Virus record (IMG/VR): IMGVR_UViG_3300023174_007844
Coordinates: 1 to 64,000 of that record
Source: a virus
Strand: one strand, 5' to 3'
DNA: 64,000 nucleotides
In this document: positions 9,876 to 20,295 of the stretch, piece after piece
How the letters are laid out: every line of letters begins with the position of its first letter
How positions within the stretch are numbered: the stretch's first letter is position 1
Notes under the pieces: generated by a model
What the model was told of the DNA's origin: nothing
What the model saw: only the letters and a program-made list of their open reading frames with translations
Database searches by the model: none
Translations under genes and position numbers: made by a program

Positions 9876-11084
9876 TTAGTCTAGCATTTGTTTTGCAGCA
9901 ACATCAAAATCAATGCCACCATCATCATCTTCATCTAAATCTTCAGTAGATGGACCTTTGCTAATTGCTTCAATGAGATCAGTTAGTGGTTTGCCAATTA
10001 CTTTCAATCTTCCGCAAATAAACTCAAATGCTGTAGTAGACATATCATTTCTGGTACGCTTTTCTGGTGCTGGTTGATCCATTAGCATTTTGCAAAATTC
10101 ATATGCATCTTTTGACTCAACAACTTCTCCAGTATCAGTGTTCGTATAAATAAATTTCTTACGAACTTCCTTGATATATTCAAATCCTTTAGCTTTAGCC
10201 TTGTAAAGAAATTCGTCTACAGGATTAGTAGTTTCATCATCAGTGAACATAATCTTAAATTCACCAGTGACACCAGGCTGACCATATCGTGTCTTCATAA
10301 CAAGAACTTTGCTCTTGCCACCAATTACGACATCTTTGCCTTCAGCATCTTTCTTGGTGACCTGTCCAGCTGCACCATTGATCTTGTTGATCCAAAGACG
10401 CATATGAGTAAAGTAATTCATAGCATTACCGCCAGAAGCAGTTTTAACCATTGAACCAGGCATTGCACCACTACCCATATAAAGCTGATTGATAAGAACA
10501 ACAATAGTTCCAGATGCAGCAGTCTTTGCAGTCAAATCTTTTGTAAGACGCTTTACAAAACGTGCGTGGAGACCAATTGTTTGAACTTGCTCAAGAGATT
10601 TTTCAAGTTCATCATTAGGAATCATTGCTGAAATTGAGTCAACAACAATAACGCCATAATCTCCAGTCTCAACCATATACTTAAGAAGTTCACCATACTT
10701 TTCAGCAGAGCCAACATTCTCAATAAGTAAAAGTTGACCTGTGTTTACACCACAAGACAAAGCACGTTGAGGATAGTATGAATTCTCAATATTGAAGAAT
10801 GCACACTTCTTGCCAAGTTTTTGAGCTTCGGCCATCAACTTATAGCCAAGCCAAGTCTTACCAGATTGAGATTCACCACAAAACTCAATTAAAGTACCAG
10901 ATGGAATACCCATACCAGCACCAAGAATTGAGTCAACTTCAAAGACACCTGTAGGAACAAATTCAATATTCTCTACATCACCGGACTTGATACACTTTTC
11001 ATCAATTCCAAGTGCTTTAAGTTTTGCCTTTAATAAACGCTCTTGATCTTTATCAATTGCTTCGTTCAGTTCTTTTCTAGCCAT
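9876..11084 (-). CDS. recA: RecA/UvsX-type recombinase
   Basis: PTGVFEVDSILG, Walker A GESQSGKT, IVVDSISAM, LINQL, TASGGNAM. Confidence 0.93.
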   Translation of the reverse strand: MARKELNEAIDKDQERLLKAKLKALGIDEKCIKSGDVENIEFVPTGVFEVDSILGAGMGIPSGTLIEFCGESQSGKTWLGYKLMAEAQKLGKKCAFFNIENSYYPQRALSCGVNTGQLLLIENVGSAEKYGELLKYMVETGDYGVIVVDSISAMIPNDELEKSLEQVQTIGLHARFVKRLTKDLTAKTAASGTIVVLINQLYMGSGAMPGSMVKTASGGNAMNYFTHMRLWINKINGAAGQVTKKDAEGKDVVIGGKSKVLVMKTRYGQPGVTGEFKIMFTDDETTNPVDEFLYKAKAKGFEYIKEVRKKFIYTNTDTGEVVESKDAYEFCKMLMDQPAPEKRTRNDMSTTAFEFICGRLKVIGKPLTDLIEAISKGPSTEDLDEDDDGGIDFDVAAKQMLD

Positions 11085-11095
11085 AATTTATCCTC

Positions 11096-11123
11096 AAAAA
11101 GGGATGGATTGCTCCATCCCTTC
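11096..11123 (-). terminator. Intrinsic terminator after the SSB-like gene
   Basis: Minus strand AGAAGGGATGGA-gcaa-TCCATCCCTTTTT. Confidence 0.75.
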
Positions 11124-11129
11124 TATCAA

Positions 11130-12137
11130 TTACTTCTTGCCCATCCAACCAAGAGAAGGAGCATCATCATCATCCTCATCTTCGTCTTCGTCAATTACAA
11201 CACTCTTCTTGGCAGAACGAGTTGGCTTAGGAGCAGGTACGAATTCTTCCTCATCGTCATCTTCATCTTCAACAACAGGTGTTGGCTTAGCAACTGGCTT
11301 TGGAGCCTCAACTGGTGCTGAAACTGTGTATGAATTTGATGACACTGGAGCTTCATCACCCTTTGGGGCTGTGAATTTGAAGATTCGAGTCAATGGATAA
11401 CCATAGGCAAAGAAATCTTCCCACTCAGGCATATTTGGGTCATCTGAACGATCAGCATCATAATTGCTACGTTCACGAGTCAAATCCTCGACAGATGGTT
11501 CTCCAGCCTTACGAAGCAATTCAACCATGTCATCAGAAATATAGGTTGGCTTACCTTCAAAGTAAAGAGTATAGTCAACTGACTTAGGTGCTGGCATGCC
11601 AGTAGCAGTTGCAGTAATCTTAATACATGGAGAATTTCGACTACCATAGTGACGACCGTCACCATCCTCATTCTCAGGATCTTCGTAGTTCTGAATTGTC
11701 TGCTCAGCAATACGTCCAAAGATGCTCTTGCCCTTCTTGAGGATCTTTACTTCCCAGGAGCCATCTTCTTGCTTCTCTAGGACATTTTGAGCATACTGAA
11801 CAGTTCCAATGTAGCCCATCTTCTTCCAAGGGCACTGCTTTGGATCATCATGACCAATTCGAACAAATGACTTGTTCAAATCAGCGTCTGGGAATGGAAC
11901 ACGCTGAGTCTTACCACGAAGGGCAGGATCATTGTTAGGGTTTGGAACATAAACCTTATCGGTGTACTCAATAAATGAAATTGGATCACCAACAAGCTTC
12001 AGACGACGCACAACTTTTGGTGCATCCTTGACTGAAAGGTTTACGAGAATATCCTGCAAGCGAGGAAAAGAATTACGAGGAGTGGTTGGCGCAGTTGACT
12101 GAGCAACCATCTTTGTAGCAGAAACACGTCGAGTCAT
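11130..12137 (-). CDS. Probable single-stranded DNA-binding protein (gp32-like)
   Basis: Located next to recA; beta-rich core with KILKKGKSIF and long acidic C-terminal tail; assignment by inference. Confidence 0.55.
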   Translation of the reverse strand: MTRRVSATKMVAQSTAPTTPRNSFPRLQDILVNLSVKDAPKVVRRLKLVGDPISFIEYTDKVYVPNPNNDPALRGKTQRVPFPDADLNKSFVRIGHDDPKQCPWKKMGYIGTVQYAQNVLEKQEDGSWEVKILKKGKSIFGRIAEQTIQNYEDPENEDGDGRHYGSRNSPCIKITATATGMPAPKSVDYTLYFEGKPTYISDDMVELLRKAGEPSVEDLTRERSNYDADRSDDPNMPEWEDFFAYGYPLTRIFKFTAPKGDEAPVSSNSYTVSAPVEAPKPVAKPTPVVEDEDDDEEEFVPAPKPTRSAKKSVVIDEDEDEDDDDAPSLGWMGKK

Positions 12138-12228
12138 TTTATATTTTCTCCAATTGGGCTCTTCCGTCCCACATTTTTTAGTTTACTGTATGTTTTGTGC
12201 TGAAGCAATAGAGAATTCAAAACTTTTG

Positions 12229-12975
12229 TCAAATTCTTGAATTTCTGGTTCTTACTATAGCATTTCCCTTATTCATGGGAGTTTTATCTTTCGAATAAAG
12301 ATTAGACATTCCCTCTGTATTAAAGGATTGGTTGATTCTGGATAAGGCTTGATGCTCACGCAAAATTCTATCCATTTGGGTTGCTGCAAATTCAATATTT
12401 TTTAAATAATGCTCCAAATATGTAAGCAGCCTTTTGGAGTTTGTCATCGGAATGACAAATGGGTGAACAGTGAAAGCAGCACTAGCTTCTTTGTCTTTTG
12501 CTGTTCCTGTTGACAATTTTATAGCCATCTCTCTCAAGTTTTTATGTGCTTGAGAAATCATCTCATAGTGAGCATAAACAACAGACATAATTTCTGTTAG
12601 TCTGTTTCTATATTGCACCTGTAAAGCATAAGAAGCTGAAAATGATTCAAATTCATATTCATCTTTTGAAGGAATTGCAATATCCCATTGTCTAATTTCA
12701 TTACGAATTTCAATCTCATCATAAAAAGGTAACACACTAATTGCATCTTGCCAATTCTGCACTTCTTTGGCAAATGATTCTTCAGTTACACCCTTGAGAC
12801 GACTTACTAAATCTTTTGAAAAATTAGGATCTTGCCATGAAACTGTTTCAGGCATAGGTGCCCATTCTAACGTGGCAAGCAATAAAGAATTTTCTTCATC
12901 AAAATCTTCATCTTCTTCAGTTTTGATTTGAAATTCAGGATCGTCGTAGTCTTCGTATTCGTCAAAAATTCCCAT
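12229..12975 (-). CDS. Hypothetical helical protein (possible recombination mediator)
   Basis: Acidic N-terminus and coiled-coil body; lies between dnaE and the SSB-like gene. Confidence 0.55.
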   Translation of the reverse strand: MGIFDEYEDYDDPEFQIKTEEDEDFDEENSLLLATLEWAPMPETVSWQDPNFSKDLVSRLKGVTEESFAKEVQNWQDAISVLPFYDEIEIRNEIRQWDIAIPSKDEYEFESFSASYALQVQYRNRLTEIMSVVYAHYEMISQAHKNLREMAIKLSTGTAKDKEASAAFTVHPFVIPMTNSKRLLTYLEHYLKNIEFAATQMDRILREHQALSRINQSFNTEGMSNLYSKDKTPMNKGNAIVRTRNSRI

Positions 12976-12983
12976 AATATTTC

Positions 12984-15900
12984 CTAATCAAATAAACCAT
13001 CACTCAACAAAGTCTTTACAGATGATGATGTTGATCTTGTCTTTCTTTCTTTATTGTTGACAATATCATCATACGACAAAGAATTTTTTTCTGCAAGTTT
13101 CTGCATTCTTAAAGAATTTTTCTCTTCTTTGTTTCTTTCCGCAACAATATTGTCCCAATATTCTAAAAAATCTTCAACAACTTCAAATTCTAAAGTATCA
13201 GGCAAACAGCTCAAAGCATCATGTTCAGCCAAGAAAGCTACCATTCCACGATTCGGTCTAGCTCTATATGCAAGATCTTTACAATCGACATAAGGCTGAT
13301 GTTGCACTATGTCAATTGCCCTAGCTCCTACACCCTTGATTGCAGAGAGAGGAAGTAAAATTTCACCCTTCTTGTTTACAGTAGTTTCAACGCCAGATTC
13401 GTTTATATTTGCTGGCTTTACTGTAATTCTATCCATGCTACATTCTTTAAGTAATACAGCAAGTTTGTCTTCATCTAATCTATCAATCTGTATACAAGCA
13501 GCAAGCCATTCAGAAGGATAATAATTACGTAAATAAGCAGTGTAATAAGAAAGTAAAGCATATGAACAGGCGTGAGATCTATTGAAGGCATATCCTCCAA
13601 ATTTAGCCATTAATGCTAATACTTCATCAATAACTGCTTCAGGAATTCCACGCTCTTTACTCTTAGTGGCAAAAAGATTACAAACATCATCAAAATCTTT
13701 ACCAGACTTTTTTGAAATTGCTTTACGTAGTTTGTCCACTTGCTGCCATGTAAATCCAGCCATATCACGAGCCAAGAACATAGCTTGCTCCTGATATACC
13801 ATAATTCCATAAGTTACTGACAAATGTTTCTCAATAATAGGGTGAGCATATCGAATAGATTCTGGATGCCTTTTGCCCTCTGCATATTGAGGAATATAAT
13901 CCATAGGGCCAGGACGGTATAGAGCAGCCACAGCAATCAAGTCTTCAATATTAGAAGCATTAACATCACGTAGAGCCTGTTGCATACCCTTTGAAGCAAA
14001 CTGAAATACGCTTGCAGTTTTACCTTTGGCATAAATGTTCTTGAAAATTTTAGGATCTTCAAGATTGATCTTTTTAAAATCAATATCTTTATTGTGAAGT
14101 CTTTTGATATGTTCTAGACAGAGAGCAACTTGATGAAAAGCAGCAAGTCCAAGAAAATCGTATTTGACCAATCCAACACGCTCAACATTTTTCATATCGT
14201 AAGCAGAACACAAGTTTCCCTTACTATTTTCAATTGGCGCATTTAAATAAATTGGTTCAGAAGATACAAGAACACCTGAAGCGTGAACACCAAAGTTAGA
14301 ATAAGTGCCAACCAACTGAATGGCACTATCTAATTCTTCACGCCATTTGTCATAATAAAATTTAAACTCTTCATTTTCTTGAATTGTTTCTTCAATTGTT
14401 GTTCCGGGCTTTTTAGAAATCAATGCAGAAATTTTTAATGCCTGATTGTGAAAATCATTAGGATAAGTATCTTGGAATCTTGCAGAAGCTTTCAAACATC
14501 CTACTACAGAGTTTTTAGCAGCATATTTACCCCAAGTTCCAATTTGCGCTACGTGATCTTCTCCAAATCTTTCTTTAGTCCAATCAATAACTTCAGAACG
14601 ACGAGAATCATCAATATCTGTATCAACGTCAGGAAGGGCAGCAACTTTTGAAATTACTAGACCATCTGTTGGCATTTCTTCTGTAATGTCAAGAATATGA
14701 GCAGTCCAAAGCTGAGAATCATTATGTTTTGCTTTGATCCCCATTTTTGCAAGATTGTAGATATAAGATGACAAACCTTGATTTTCTAATACCCAAAGTT
14801 CTTTCTCAATTTCAGGCTCATATTTCTTATTTTCTGGAAATACTTGAAGCCATTGTTGAGTGATTTTCCTTAATTTTTTACTATAAGGAATTTGATCCAT
14901 ATCTCCATATTCACTAATAAATTGAGATGCTGGAAATTCAGATATATCTATTTTGTATTGAGTTCCACGACCAGGATTCAAGAAGCGTTCAAACATTAAG
15001 TTCCAACGCACAGGATCCACATTACAAACCTCAAGACAGAAGTTTACTAATGATCCAACACCAGAACCACGAATGCCAAAGTGGATATCTTTGTGCTTCA
15101 TAAACTCAACTAATTCTCTTTGAATCAAGAAGTAGTCAGTTACACCCATGTACCAAATCTGCCTTAATTCACTATCTAAACGGGCTAAATATTTGGTAGT
15201 GAATAAATTGGCTTGACGTAAACCTGTGATGCAAAGAAAGGCCAAATACGCTTCATTTGCTTTATGGTGAGGCAATCTACTTTTCCAAAAATTATTAAAT
15301 TCTTGGTTGTCTTTTGGTATACGAGCAGCAGGAAGTAAGTGAGGAACATCTAGCTTAAAGAAATCCTCAACCATTTCTGAAATTAGAACAGAATTTTTTA
15401 ATGCATCAGGCACACTTGATCCAAAAATCTTATGCATATCATCATAAGGTTTTAGATAAAACTGATGACTACCGTATGCTTCTTTCTTGCCATTTTTCTT
15501 ATCTGTTCTGCTGTCTCTTTGATCACGCATTTGAATCAAGACATCGTGAATTTTCCAATCTAATTTGTCAAGATAGTGAACGTCATTAGATGCAACAACA
15601 GGCAGATCATACTTATTAGCAAGATCCAAAAGAAAAGGCATATTGTGAGCTTGTTCATCAATTCCGTGATGCTGTAATTCAATGAAATATCGGTCTTGAA
15701 AAACATTCTTAAATCTATTTACAACACGATTGGCTAGGTCAACATCTTCTCGCATTAAGGATTGATTTAATTCAGATGCAAGACAGCCAGAAAGTGCAAT
15801 TACACCTTCACTATGCTTTTCTATACATCCCCAATCAACACGAGGAGAATAATAAAAAGCATCTGGATCATTGCCAAGAGCTGAAAGAGAAAGAAGATTC

Positions 15901-16229
15901 TTATAACCTGTTTCGTTTTGAGCAAGAAGAGTGAGGTGATTTAATTTCTTACGTCTACCATCTTCTGTTTTACTCTTATCAAAACGATCTTCACAGGTAT
16001 ATACTTCGATGCCAATAATAGGTTTGATAGGTTCAAAATTGCTATATGAACGACAAGCTTCAACAAATTCGACAGCACCACCCATCTTTCCGTGGTCTGT
16101 AATTGCTGTGGCTCGGAAACCCATCTCACGAGCTTTTAATGCATATTTTGCTGGTGTAGGTAATGCATCTTGAATTGAAAAATGCGTGTGGGCGTGTAAA
16201 TGTACGAAATCTTTATTAGAACTACACAT
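12984..16229 (-). CDS. dnaE: DNA polymerase III alpha subunit (family C)
   Basis: PHP domain HLHAHTHFS/AITDHG/SNDVHY, RGSGVGS, FERFLNP, catalytic PDVDTD and KYDFLGL, ALYRPGPM, YAFNRSH; ATG 16229 follows an SD-like AAGAGG. Confidence 0.97.
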   Translation of the reverse strand: MCSSNKDFVHLHAHTHFSIQDALPTPAKYALKAREMGFRATAITDHGKMGGAVEFVEACRSYSNFEPIKPIIGIEVYTCEDRFDKSKTEDGRRKKLNHLTLLAQNETGYKNLLSLSALGNDPDAFYYSPRVDWGCIEKHSEGVIALSGCLASELNQSLMREDVDLANRVVNRFKNVFQDRYFIELQHHGIDEQAHNMPFLLDLANKYDLPVVASNDVHYLDKLDWKIHDVLIQMRDQRDSRTDKKNGKKEAYGSHQFYLKPYDDMHKIFGSSVPDALKNSVLISEMVEDFFKLDVPHLLPAARIPKDNQEFNNFWKSRLPHHKANEAYLAFLCITGLRQANLFTTKYLARLDSELRQIWYMGVTDYFLIQRELVEFMKHKDIHFGIRGSGVGSLVNFCLEVCNVDPVRWNLMFERFLNPGRGTQYKIDISEFPASQFISEYGDMDQIPYSKKLRKITQQWLQVFPENKKYEPEIEKELWVLENQGLSSYIYNLAKMGIKAKHNDSQLWTAHILDITEEMPTDGLVISKVAALPDVDTDIDDSRRSEVIDWTKERFGEDHVAQIGTWGKYAAKNSVVGCLKASARFQDTYPNDFHNQALKISALISKKPGTTIEETIQENEEFKFYYDKWREELDSAIQLVGTYSNFGVHASGVLVSSEPIYLNAPIENSKGNLCSAYDMKNVERVGLVKYDFLGLAAFHQVALCLEHIKRLHNKDIDFKKINLEDPKIFKNIYAKGKTASVFQFASKGMQQALRDVNASNIEDLIAVAALYRPGPMDYIPQYAEGKRHPESIRYAHPIIEKHLSVTYGIMVYQEQAMFLARDMAGFTWQQVDKLRKAISKKSGKDFDDVCNLFATKSKERGIPEAVIDEVLALMAKFGGYAFNRSHACSYALLSYYTAYLRNYYPSEWLAACIQIDRLDEDKLAVLLKECSMDRITVKPANINESGVETTVNKKGEILLPLSAIKGVGARAIDIVQHQPYVDCKDLAYRARPNRGMVAFLAEHDALSCLPDTLEFEVVEDFLEYWDNIVAERNKEEKNSLRMQKLAEKNSLSYDDIVNNKERKTRSTSSSVKTLLSDGLFD

Positions 16230-16279
16230 ATAATGCCTCTTTCGCAAGCGCCATCAAAGATAGTCATTCACTTGCAGAT

Positions 16280-17077
16280 TTAGAGAATTGCTTTATTGCT
16301 ATTCGAATAAAGTTTACCATTCTTTTGATGATATTGCCTTGGTTCTAAATTAAGAATCAATTTCTTATCAATCAATTTTAGTGCCTTTGGACGAGTTCGC
16401 AAAGGCAATCTATCAAACTCCAGCAATCTATAAGAATTAGAGATTTGCTTACAGATAACGTAAGAACAACTTTTTTGGATGAGTTTGAGTTTCTTATATT
16501 CTTGAACTTGATCATTTGTAAGGGATAATTTCGTCTTTTTTAGTGTTTTGTCTACCACTTCAAGATTTTGCTTTACAGAAATAAATTTGCAGTTTTTGAT
16601 AGCATTTCTAACTGTAGATTCGCTTTGTCCAGTGTAGAAAGAAATTGTATTAATTGCCACTGGTCTTTCGTCTTCATACCGAGCAGCAAAAATACAAATT
16701 AGGAGTTCTTTGACAACTTTTTTGCTTTGACTTTGAAGGGCAGACAACGGTACTGCTACTGGTTTTGACCTAGTTATTTCTGGCTTTAAGCGGTCAATAA
16801 TTCTATTGATAGAAAATAAACAAACAGTTTTCTTGCCAAATTTTCCATGAGGAGCAGTCCAATACTTGTCAATACCTTTGTCAATAATCTTGTAAACAAA
16901 GGTAGATGAATATTGAAATACTTTGCTTGCTATATTGATTATTTCTTCTAGAGGAACGATGCCTGAATTATTAAGGTCTACTAACTTAGAAATAGCCCAA
17001 AGTATATAAACATCCACTTCATTGTGTTGTAATACTTGGGCTATAACTTCAGGATTCAGGATTATCGTTTTGGACAT
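16280..17077 (-). CDS. Hypothetical basic protein with possible HTH
   Basis: AINTISFYTGQSESTVRNAIK resembles an HTH; lies in the replication operon. Confidence 0.55.
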   Translation of the reverse strand: MSKTIILNPEVIAQVLQHNEVDVYILWAISKLVDLNNSGIVPLEEIINIASKVFQYSSTFVYKIIDKGIDKYWTAPHGKFGKKTVCLFSINRIIDRLKPEITRSKPVAVPLSALQSQSKKVVKELLICIFAARYEDERPVAINTISFYTGQSESTVRNAIKNCKFISVKQNLEVVDKTLKKTKLSLTNDQVQEYKKLKLIQKSCSYVICKQISNSYRLLEFDRLPLRTRPKALKLIDKKLILNLEPRQYHQKNGKLYSNSNKAIL

Positions 17078-17294
17078 TATTAGATAGATCTTCTAAAATT
17101 TTATTTGCGCCAGACCAGAAGATGTACTTGTAAACATCTTCTTCAGTATATCCTGGATTTTCAGCCAACATAAGCTGATGAATAAAATGAATTTTATTAG
17201 CTAGATTTCCATTGATAAGAATATTCACTGGAATTTCTTCAGGAGCATCATTAAAAGATTGTTTCAATTTTTCAATAATTTCAATGTTGTTCAT
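17049..17294 (-). CDS. Hypothetical protein
   Basis: 81 aa, overlaps both neighbours in the operon. Confidence 0.6.
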   Translation of the reverse strand: MNNIEIIEKLKQSFNDAPEEIPVNILINGNLANKIHFIHQLMLAENPGYTEEDVYKYIFWSGANKILEDLSNNVQNDNPES

Positions 17295-17913
17295 TTAGTT
17301 CTCCCATTTTTATCTTTGCATTCTTAATAAAATTTTTCCAAAGTAGATTTAAATTCTTAAAGTTTTCTTTATGTAAATCTTCATCTATTTGCTTGTAAAC
17401 ATTGTCTGTCCAAGTAATAAAATCAGGATTGTAACTATTTAAGCGTTCATATTTCTTTATTTTTTCCGCAAAAGAAATAAGAAAATCAACTTCAGATAAA
17501 CCACCGGGATAATTACTAGAATTGTTTTCTTTTTCGAGATATTTTTTGATTGTATTACTAACTTCTCTCATCAGATATTTGACATCAAAATCAACAGTTT
17601 CTATATCAATTTTAGCAAATACAGAGAGTTTATGTATAGCTTCTACAAAATTCAAACCTTCAACATCTTGTACTAGTTGAATCAAATCTCCAGTGGCTCC
17701 GCATCCAAAGCAATTATAGGTATTTGTTTTAGTATTGACACCAAAAGAAGGATTGCCGTCATCGTGATCTGGCATAGGACATCTTGTGTTTGCCCAATCA
17801 GTGTGCTTAGATATTATGAAGTCAGAATCATATTCCGACTCCATAAATTCCATAATATCAATACTTTTCACTAGATTATCAATAAATTGCCTAGTGATTG
17901 TAGTTTTATTCAT
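17281..17913 (-). CDS. Stand-alone CHC2 zinc-finger protein (primase Zn-binding domain)
   Basis: RCPMPDHDDGNPSFGV...YNCFGCGATGDLIQLVQDVEGLNFVEAI; ATG 17913 overlaps the helicase stop. Confidence 0.88.
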   Translation of the reverse strand: MNKTTITRQFIDNLVKSIDIMEFMESEYDSDFIISKHTDWANTRCPMPDHDDGNPSFGVNTKTNTYNCFGCGATGDLIQLVQDVEGLNFVEAIHKLSVFAKIDIETVDFDVKYLMREVSNTIKKYLEKENNSSNYPGGLSEVDFLISFAEKIKKYERLNSYNPDFITWTDNVYKQIDEDLHKENFKNLNLLWKNFIKNAKIKMGELNEQH

Positions 17914-19501
17914 AAAGCATCCAATCAGACACAGAAAGTTCTCTATCATCATCGTAGTTTATAGGTTCAATTTCTTCTTCGTCATCTAAAATTGCTTGAA
18001 CATTTCCATTTTCATCACGAACAACTGGATTACGTTTGATAGGAGTTTTGCCGTCAGGACGATCTGATGTGGGAACTTCCTTAACAACTGTATTTCCAGT
18101 TGCAACACCATGTAATGCCAATATTTGTTGCTGCTCTTCTTCTTCCAATTCTGATACTTTATTGTATTCTCTGTTCATGCGAATTGGAAACGGGTTGAAC
18201 CAAGCATCACGCATTTTAACTGGATGAAGAATACAATATCCATGTTCCCGATTGGGCTCCATAGCAATAGCATAGGTACAAAGGTGCATGAGGTTTTGTC
18301 CACCAGATGCAGCAGCCTGATCATAAGACATAAATTTTTTGTCATCTTTAGACTTGCGTGAATCTCTAATTGTCTCACGGTTTATCTGTTGAGCAGTGAG
18401 AACTGGAATATTGTATCTTTTGGCAAGCAAGAATAAACCCTTAACTGCTTGTGATTGATTCTCCCAATCTTTTGCTCCATTGACAGCTTTACGCACGGTC
18501 ATATTTCCAATATAGTCAACTACAAGAAGATCTGGTTTGCCTTTTGTAGCAATCAATTCTCTAATTTTTTGATCAATATATTCTGGTGTAGGATCTTCCA
18601 TATTGACATCATATTCAAAATATGGGCCATCTTCTTGACCTTTTAAACCATCATAAATTGTCTTCATTTCATCTGGAGAAAGATCAGTGCCTTTGATTTG
18701 GTCATAAGGAATCTCAAAACTTAATGAAACGTGACGAAGCAAACAAAGCCAAGAGTTCATTTCAAAAGAAAGATACAAAACTTTTTTCTTGCACACTTTA
18801 TTTGCATGAAGAGCAGAATTTAAAAGCATTACACTCTTACCACCAGAAGAAGGTGCCAAGAAAACAATAATTTGTCCAGGCATCCATCCAAAAGTTTTAG
18901 AATCTATATTGCTTATTCCACATTCAATACCCTTAAATAATTCAGGTTGAGTAAGACGTTTTTCGTACTCTAATTTGAAGAAATCAGCACTATTAGATAC
19001 ATCAAAATTTTGTATTTCAGAAAATTTTTCAGACAGTTCTTCCTGAATATCATCAAGGTCTTTCTGGATAGCTTCTACAGTTTTAGATAGATCACCATTA
19101 GCAAGAAGACTATTAGATGATTCAAAAGTTTTAGTAAGTGTGCGTAGACCTTTATTCTTTTTAAGCAATGTAGTGACTTCGTAAAAATCATTCTCATTAA
19201 AGTCAAAATTCTCAATCTCATCCCAAAGAGAAATATATTTTCTACGGGTGAAATCTTTGATATTGCTTTCATTCAATGATGATTCAAGTACAAAGCCTGT
19301 TAATAAACTTCCACCACTTCTTTCCCAATATTTCATTATAAAATCGTACATTTTTTGGGTGTAAGAAGAGGTGTCATTTGAATCTATATGAACAAAATGA
19401 TCCCTAGTAATTTGACGTGCAAGAGCCTTATCCATACACTTTTGACTTTTAGTGATGGATGATAGGAACATTATTTCTAGTGAACGTTGATCTAGTTTCA
19501 T
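17906..19501 (-). CDS. dnaB: DnaB-like replicative helicase
   Basis: Walker A APSSGGKS, YLSFEM, LLVVDYI, PVLTAQQINR, KMRD; ATGA coupling at 19498-19501. Confidence 0.9.
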   Translation of the reverse strand: MKLDQRSLEIMFLSSITKSQKCMDKALARQITRDHFVHIDSNDTSSYTQKMYDFIMKYWERSGGSLLTGFVLESSLNESNIKDFTRRKYISLWDEIENFDFNENDFYEVTTLLKKNKGLRTLTKTFESSNSLLANGDLSKTVEAIQKDLDDIQEELSEKFSEIQNFDVSNSADFFKLEYEKRLTQPELFKGIECGISNIDSKTFGWMPGQIIVFLAPSSGGKSVMLLNSALHANKVCKKKVLYLSFEMNSWLCLLRHVSLSFEIPYDQIKGTDLSPDEMKTIYDGLKGQEDGPYFEYDVNMEDPTPEYIDQKIRELIATKGKPDLLVVDYIGNMTVRKAVNGAKDWENQSQAVKGLFLLAKRYNIPVLTAQQINRETIRDSRKSKDDKKFMSYDQAAASGGQNLMHLCTYAIAMEPNREHGYCILHPVKMRDAWFNPFPIRMNREYNKVSELEEEEQQQILALHGVATGNTVVKEVPTSDRPDGKTPIKRNPVVRDENGNVQAILDDEEEIEPINYDDDRELSVSDWMLYE

Positions 19502-20295
19502 CTTGCGTAAGGCAACCTTATAGTAATGCAATTTCGAAGTAAAGAATTCCAACCAGAACCTGTTGAAATATTCGCAGTTCCATAAGTCAACAAAAAGTAT
19601 GGTTTGCCAGAGTTTACCCTTGATTTTGCTAGTCTGTCTAAATTTTGAGGGAATTGAGGGTGAGTTTGTTTATATTGTTCAATTCCATCGATGACAATAA
19701 AATCAAGACTCTTAAATTCTTCATTCATCTTGTCAAATTCATCTTTCTTATCAAAATCGCTTAAGACACTTATAATTTCAGTCCAATCATAGTACTTAGC
19801 AGACAAACCTTTTTTGATAGCAGATTGAACTAATACTGCACCGATAAAAGTTTTACCACTACCATTTTTACCATCAAAAATTAGTGATGTAAGTGGTGTC
19901 TTGATATTTCCAGTGTGACGAATAATTGGAGGATCGTTGTTTACAATATCCTTCATATATTTTTCAAAATGCTTAAGTAATACTAAAACTCGTTCACTGG
20001 TTTTAGATTCAACACCAAGATCTCTTCCATGAGAATCTGCACGAATATTCCAATCATCAAGACTTTTACCAATGAAAACTCTTGGTACATTAGCTTTAGC
20101 ATAAAGTTCTTTGAGAAATTTTTCTTTCTCACATGAACACATTACAGATTTAGCTTTGTAATTAACAGTGTAGCCCCAATAATCACAAAGAGCGCAACCG
20201 ATACCTTTACTCATTCTAAGGTTTCGTGCACTATCTCGTAAGTTTTCTTTTAAATTATTTAGACCCAATATATCTTCAAAATTAGGTTCAGCCAT
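19498..20295 (-). CDS. DnaC/IstB-like helicase loader ATPase
   Basis: CALC...CSC Zn motif, ANVP, Walker A GKNGSGKT, FIVIDGI; directly upstream of the helicase. Confidence 0.8.
   Translation of the reverse strand: MAEPNFEDILGLNNLKENLRDSARNLRMSKGIGCALCDYWGYTVNYKAKSVMCSCEKEKFLKELYAKANVPRVFIGKSLDDWNIRADSHGRDLGVESKTSERVLVLLKHFEKYMKDIVNNDPPIIRHTGNIKTPLTSLIFDGKNGSGKTFIGAVLVQSAIKKGLSAKYYDWTEIISVLSDFDKKDEFDKMNEEFKSLDFIVIDGIEQYKQTHPQFPQNLDRLAKSRVNSGKPYFLLTYGTANISTGSGWNSLLRNCITIRLPYAR

Noticed and set aside
14637-14966. Intein in DnaE
   Set aside because: The insert lacks the C-terminal HN followed by C/S/T and recognisable Hint or LAGLIDADG blocks; better explained as an internal duplication
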